Below, piece by piece: positions 15,043 through 17,936 of a stretch of 17,936 nt of DNA. The notes under the pieces were generated by a model. That model searched no databases, was not told the origin of the DNA, and was given only the letters and a program-made list of their open reading frames with translations. The stretch covers positions 1-17,936 of the forward strand of contig JBNJGH010000070.1 in NCBI GenBank assembly GCA_051747585.1, in the 5' to 3' direction. The stretch is from Candidatus Rifleibacteriota bacterium. GTDB lineage: Bacteria; Muiribacteriota; Ozemobacteria; Ozemobacterales; Ozemobacteraceae. The stretch's first letter is position 1. Each line of letters begins with the position of its first letter. The position numbers were made by a program, and so were the translations under genes.

Positions 15043-16917
15043 ATGAAACGTATTTCTATCCTTCTCGTAGCTGCACTGGTACTTACTTCAGTAGTAGCTT
15101 CCGCAAATCCTTTTTCAGACGTACCATTTTCTCACTGGGCCTATGACGCAGTGAACAAACTCGCCGCCAAAGGTATCCTTCAGGGATATCCAGACGGAAC
15201 TTTCAAAGGTGATAAAGCCGTTACCCGTTATGCTCTCGCTATGGTAACTGCTAAAATGCTCGCCAACGTTGAACAGATGCTCGAATCAGGCATCGGTACC
15301 AACCTGGTAACCAAATCTGACCTTCAGACTCTTGAAAAACTGACTGTTGAATTCGCAGACGAACTCGCACTTCTCGGTGTTAAAGTTACTGCTCTCGAAG
15401 ACGACATGCAGGTTGTAAAAGAAGATGTTTCAATGCTCAAAAGAGACGTTGAAGGTATCAAAGATTATATGGCCAAAGGTGGCATGGAAAAAGTTAAACT
15501 TTCCGGCGACATGCTCGTACGTCACACTAACCTGATCCACAAAGATGACTGGTCAAACTTCGGTACTCGTGCCGGTAACAGCGACAATGCTCTTACTGAA
15601 AGCCAGATCAGATTGAAATTCAAAGCTCATATCGACGAAAACATCACCGCAGTTGCTCGTTGGTCAATGTTTGCAAAAAACGTTGACGATGTAAACGGTG
15701 GTCAGTCTGGAATGCAGGGCGCTTTCGGTCGCAATGGTATCGGTAACAACACTGTAACTGATAACGTTGTTGATCTCGCTTACTTGCATATCAAAGATAT
15801 GTTCCGTTTCGGTGGCGACTTCACTTTCGGTCGCAATTTCTACACTCATGGTCATTCACTTCTCCTCAACGACTATGTTGACGCTATCAGATACTACAAA
15901 CGCTCAGGCGATGTAGACGTAGTTTTCCAGTCTATCTATGACAGACATGTTGGTAGCTACAAAGATAACGGTCCTGTAGATTTCCGTAACGTATGGAACC
16001 TCAATCTCGACACCAAATGGCGTGATCACGACCTGTATATGGGCGTTTACATGCAGGACGAACCTAACCAACTTAACGGACTTTTCGGTGCAGGCTCTAT
16101 TGCTCTCGGAAATACTGTTGCTGGTCAGCAGAACGGCGACAATCGCTGGGACGTAGAATTCGGTTCTAAAGGCCCAATCGGTAACAATGGACATTGGGAC
16201 TATGATCTCGGTTTTGCTTATTCTAATTACGAAGCAGACCTTATTTCAACAGCCGCAAATCCTTATATCAGCCCAGAAATGCAGGGCTGGATGGGTCATG
16301 CAGCAGTTAAATGGGACAGCAAAAAAGAATGGGCAGCAAAACTTGCTTATACTTTCGCTGATGACGAATCAATGGGCGGCTATGCTCTCGATAACGATCA
16401 GAGATATCAGGATGGTATCGAAACTCCTTATGAAGATATCAGCCGTGGTAATACATATTTCCGCAATGGCATCATGAATATGTATGACCTCAAATTGCAG
16501 GCCGAATATCGCCCAAGAGACAGCAAACATTATTTCAGAGTAGCAGGTGACTGGCTGGCTGAAATGGATGACACTGTAGACAACGATTTGGCTAAATGGA
16601 ATCAAGGTCATAATACAACCGCTGGTACCCCTGCCGGTTTTAATAAAACTAATTCCGCTTATGATAGATGGAATAATTTTGGCATTGCTGATGCAGAAGC
16701 TATGGTATTCACTTTCGAATATCGCTATCAGCTTGCTGAAAACACCAGAATCAGAGTGGGTTACACTCAGTTTGATTTTACCGGTGATGCTATAGTAGCT
16801 GGTTGGGATGGAAATGGTGCAGCTGATGCTACTGTAAATTCAGTAAGCGCTGGCCGTGGTCTCAACAACGACTATGACTACAATATGTTCTGGGCTGAAA
16901 TCTACAGCCAGTTCTAA
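15043..16917 (+). CDS. S-layer homology (SLH) domain outer-membrane protein, OmpM-like (SLH, coiled-coil stalk, beta-barrel)
   Basis: 624 aa; signal peptide ending ASA|N; SLH motif PFSDVPFSHWAYDAV...GYPDGTFKG...TRY; stalk LEKLTVEFADELALLGVKVTALE; amphipathic beta strands from VKLSGD; C-terminal beta-signal-like EIYSQF; strongly biased codons. Confidence 0.88.
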   Translation: MKRISILLVAALVLTSVVASANPFSDVPFSHWAYDAVNKLAAKGILQGYPDGTFKGDKAVTRYALAMVTAKMLANVEQMLESGIGTNLVTKSDLQTLEKLTVEFADELALLGVKVTALEDDMQVVKEDVSMLKRDVEGIKDYMAKGGMEKVKLSGDMLVRHTNLIHKDDWSNFGTRAGNSDNALTESQIRLKFKAHIDENITAVARWSMFAKNVDDVNGGQSGMQGAFGRNGIGNNTVTDNVVDLAYLHIKDMFRFGGDFTFGRNFYTHGHSLLLNDYVDAIRYYKRSGDVDVVFQSIYDRHVGSYKDNGPVDFRNVWNLNLDTKWRDHDLYMGVYMQDEPNQLNGLFGAGSIALGNTVAGQQNGDNRWDVEFGSKGPIGNNGHWDYDLGFAYSNYEADLISTAANPYISPEMQGWMGHAAVKWDSKKEWAAKLAYTFADDESMGGYALDNDQRYQDGIETPYEDISRGNTYFRNGIMNMYDLKLQAEYRPRDSKHYFRVAGDWLAEMDDTVDNDLAKWNQGHNTTAGTPAGFNKTNSAYDRWNNFGIADAEAMVFTFEYRYQLAENTRIRVGYTQFDFTGDAIVAGWDGNGAADATVNSVSAGRGLNNDYDYNMFWAEIYSQF

Positions 16918-16937
16918 TCTGATCCAAACGATCTAAT

Positions 16938-16975
16938 AAAGACCGTCGGGCTTTCGCCCGGCGGTTTTTTTATTT
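16938..16975 (+). terminator. Rho-independent terminator
   Basis: GACCGTCGGGC, loop TTTC, GCCCGGCGGTT, then TTTTTATTT; stem starts about 23 nt after the stop codon. Confidence 0.9.
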
Positions 16976-16977
16976 GT

Positions 16978-17132
16978 GTGCTCTTGCTCGTAATCGTTGT
17001 CGTTCGTCGTAGTCGTTGTCGATTACCTCTCGCCAAGCCGCCAATAAAAGAATCGTGCTCGTGCTTGTTCTCGTTTTCGTGCTCGTGCTCAGTGAGGGCG
17101 TCAGCCCGAACGGTGCTCGTCATCGTAATCGA
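16978..17132 (+). repeat. Three degenerate GTNNTC hexamer arrays
   Basis: 16978-17022, 17053-17090 and 17113-17132 (GTGCTC, GTAATC, GTTGTC, GTCATC units); GGGC-GTCA-GCCC hairpin at 17096-17107 between the second and third arrays. Confidence 0.7.
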
Positions 17133-17138
17133 TTCTTC

Positions 17139-17294
17139 CGTCATTCCGGCCGAATGCAATGAGAGCCGGAATCCAGGGTTAAGGCAGAAACTTTCTTTGC
17201 TTTCCCGCTTTCTGATGGCTCTACCAATATCGGTTTTCGCATGAATCGAAAAAAAACTGGATTCCTGATCGCGCTCCGCTTGTCAGGAATGACG
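17139..17294. repeat. Inverted doublet of 38-bp CGTC-type REP-like palindromes (REPIN/MITE-like)
   Basis: CGTCATTCCGGC-N14-GCCGGAATCCAG (17139-17176) and, on the other strand, CGTCATTCCTGA-N14-TCAGGAATCCAG (17257-17294), 80 bp apart. Confidence 0.75.
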
Positions 17295-17312
17295 CGCTGG
17301 GGCAAACCGCCT

Positions 17313-17456
17313 GAATCCCGAAAATGCCTCACACAAAGCCGCAGCACCAGAAAGGAAAATCGTGCTCGTTGTCGTAATCGTAATCGATTTTTCTGATCCC
17401 CGATATATCCGATACCGACCCCGAATCCCGAAAAAATGCCTAACACACAAAGTCGC
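17313..17456 (+). repeat. Imperfect ~30-bp direct repeats enclosing opposed hexamer arrays
   Basis: GAATCCCGAAAATGCCTCACACAAAGCCGC (17313-17342) and GAATCCCGAAAAAATGCCTAACACACAAAGTCGC (17423-17456); internal GTNNTC array at 17360-17387 and CCGANN array at about 17399-17431. Confidence 0.65.
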
Positions 17457-17465
17457 CAGGTATTT

Positions 17466-17493
17466 GTAGGGGCGGTTCGCGAGCCGCCCCTAC
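17466..17493. repeat. GTAG-type REP-like palindrome
   Basis: GTAGGGGCGG-TTCGCGAG-CCGCCCCTAC, with perfect 10-bp arms. Confidence 0.75.
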
Positions 17494-17523
17494 GATTATT
17501 TTGAACCCCTGTTTCAATATGCG

Positions 17524-17552
17524 TTGCGTTAAGCAAAATTAATGAATATATT
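17524..17552 (+). promoter_or_regulatory. Candidate sigma70 promoter for the HEPN gene
   Basis: TTGCGT-N17-TATATT, ending 36 nt before ATG 17589; AGGA RBS at 17577-17580. Confidence 0.5.
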
Positions 17553-17588
17553 AAAGACATAAACCCGGTAAAAAACAGGAAGATAAAT

Positions 17589-17936
17589 ATGGAAGACATT
17601 GATATCCGTTGGCATCAGCGCCTGAATCATTATGAAAAAGCCTTAGGACGTTTAAAGTCTGCGGTAGAGCTTGCAAATCAACGCAAATTAACAGATCTTG
17701 AAGAACAGGGCCTGATTCAAGCTTTTGAGTTTACCCACGAGCTCGCATGGAACACATTGAAGGATTTTTTAGTATCCAGAGGAGAGCAAAATCTTTTTGG
17801 TTCGAAGGATGTTTCAAGAGCGGCTTTTAAAAAAGGTTTGCTCAAAAATGGACAGATATGGATGAACATGATAAAAAGTCGAAATTTAACCTCTCATACA
17901 TATAACGAAGAAGTTGCAAAGGCTATATCAGCAGCG
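17589..17936 (+). CDS. HI0074-family nucleotidyltransferase substrate-binding (HEPN) protein, probable toxin of an MNT-HEPN pair; 3' truncated
   Basis: My translation: MEDIDIRWHQRLNHYEKALGRL...EQGLIQAFEFTHELAWNTLKDFL...GSKDVSRAAFKKGLL...WMNMIKSRNLTSHTYNEE; contains R-X4-H-X-Y. Open to the window end, so absent from the ORF track. Confidence 0.9.
   Translation, partial: MEDIDIRWHQRLNHYEKALGRLKSAVELANQRKLTDLEEQGLIQAFEFTHELAWNTLKDFLVSRGEQNLFGSKDVSRAAFKKGLLKNGQIWMNMIKSRNLTSHTYNEEVAKAISAA

Noticed and set aside
17313..17456. Possible mini-CRISPR array
   Set aside because: Only two imperfect repeats, an 80-nt repetitive spacer and no cas genes in the window.
16914..17599. ORFs 16914..17159, 16978..17244 and 17141..17599
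   Set aside because: They run through the terminator and repeat arrays; the low-complexity translations come from the hexamer repeats.

Overview
Bacterial chromosomal window from a probable diderm with two divergent halves. The minus strand carries a tightly coupled operon: MoxR AAA+ ATPase, DUF58/vWA protein, BatA-type membrane vWA protein, a second membrane vWA/GATase-like protein, secreted DUF4159 protein, a 1150-aa DUF4175-like coiled-coil membrane protein and a secreted TPR protein. After a REP-like palindrome come a secreted class-I-GATase-fold protein and the 5' end of a further gene cut by the window edge. The plus strand carries an OmpM-like protein (SLH domain, coiled stalk, beta-barrel) with a strong sigma70 promoter, a ~275-nt structured leader and an intrinsic terminator. 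It is followed by ~520 bp packed with several kinds of short repeats and a 3'-truncated HI0074-family HEPN gene that the ORF track misses. Most notable: the extended MoxR-vWA envelope system, a codon-usage switch inside the porin gene suggesting mosaicism, the long leader RNA, and the mixed repeat cluster. Family assignments come from motif recognition by eye, not database searches. A candidate-phylum host such as Riflebacteria is only a guess.
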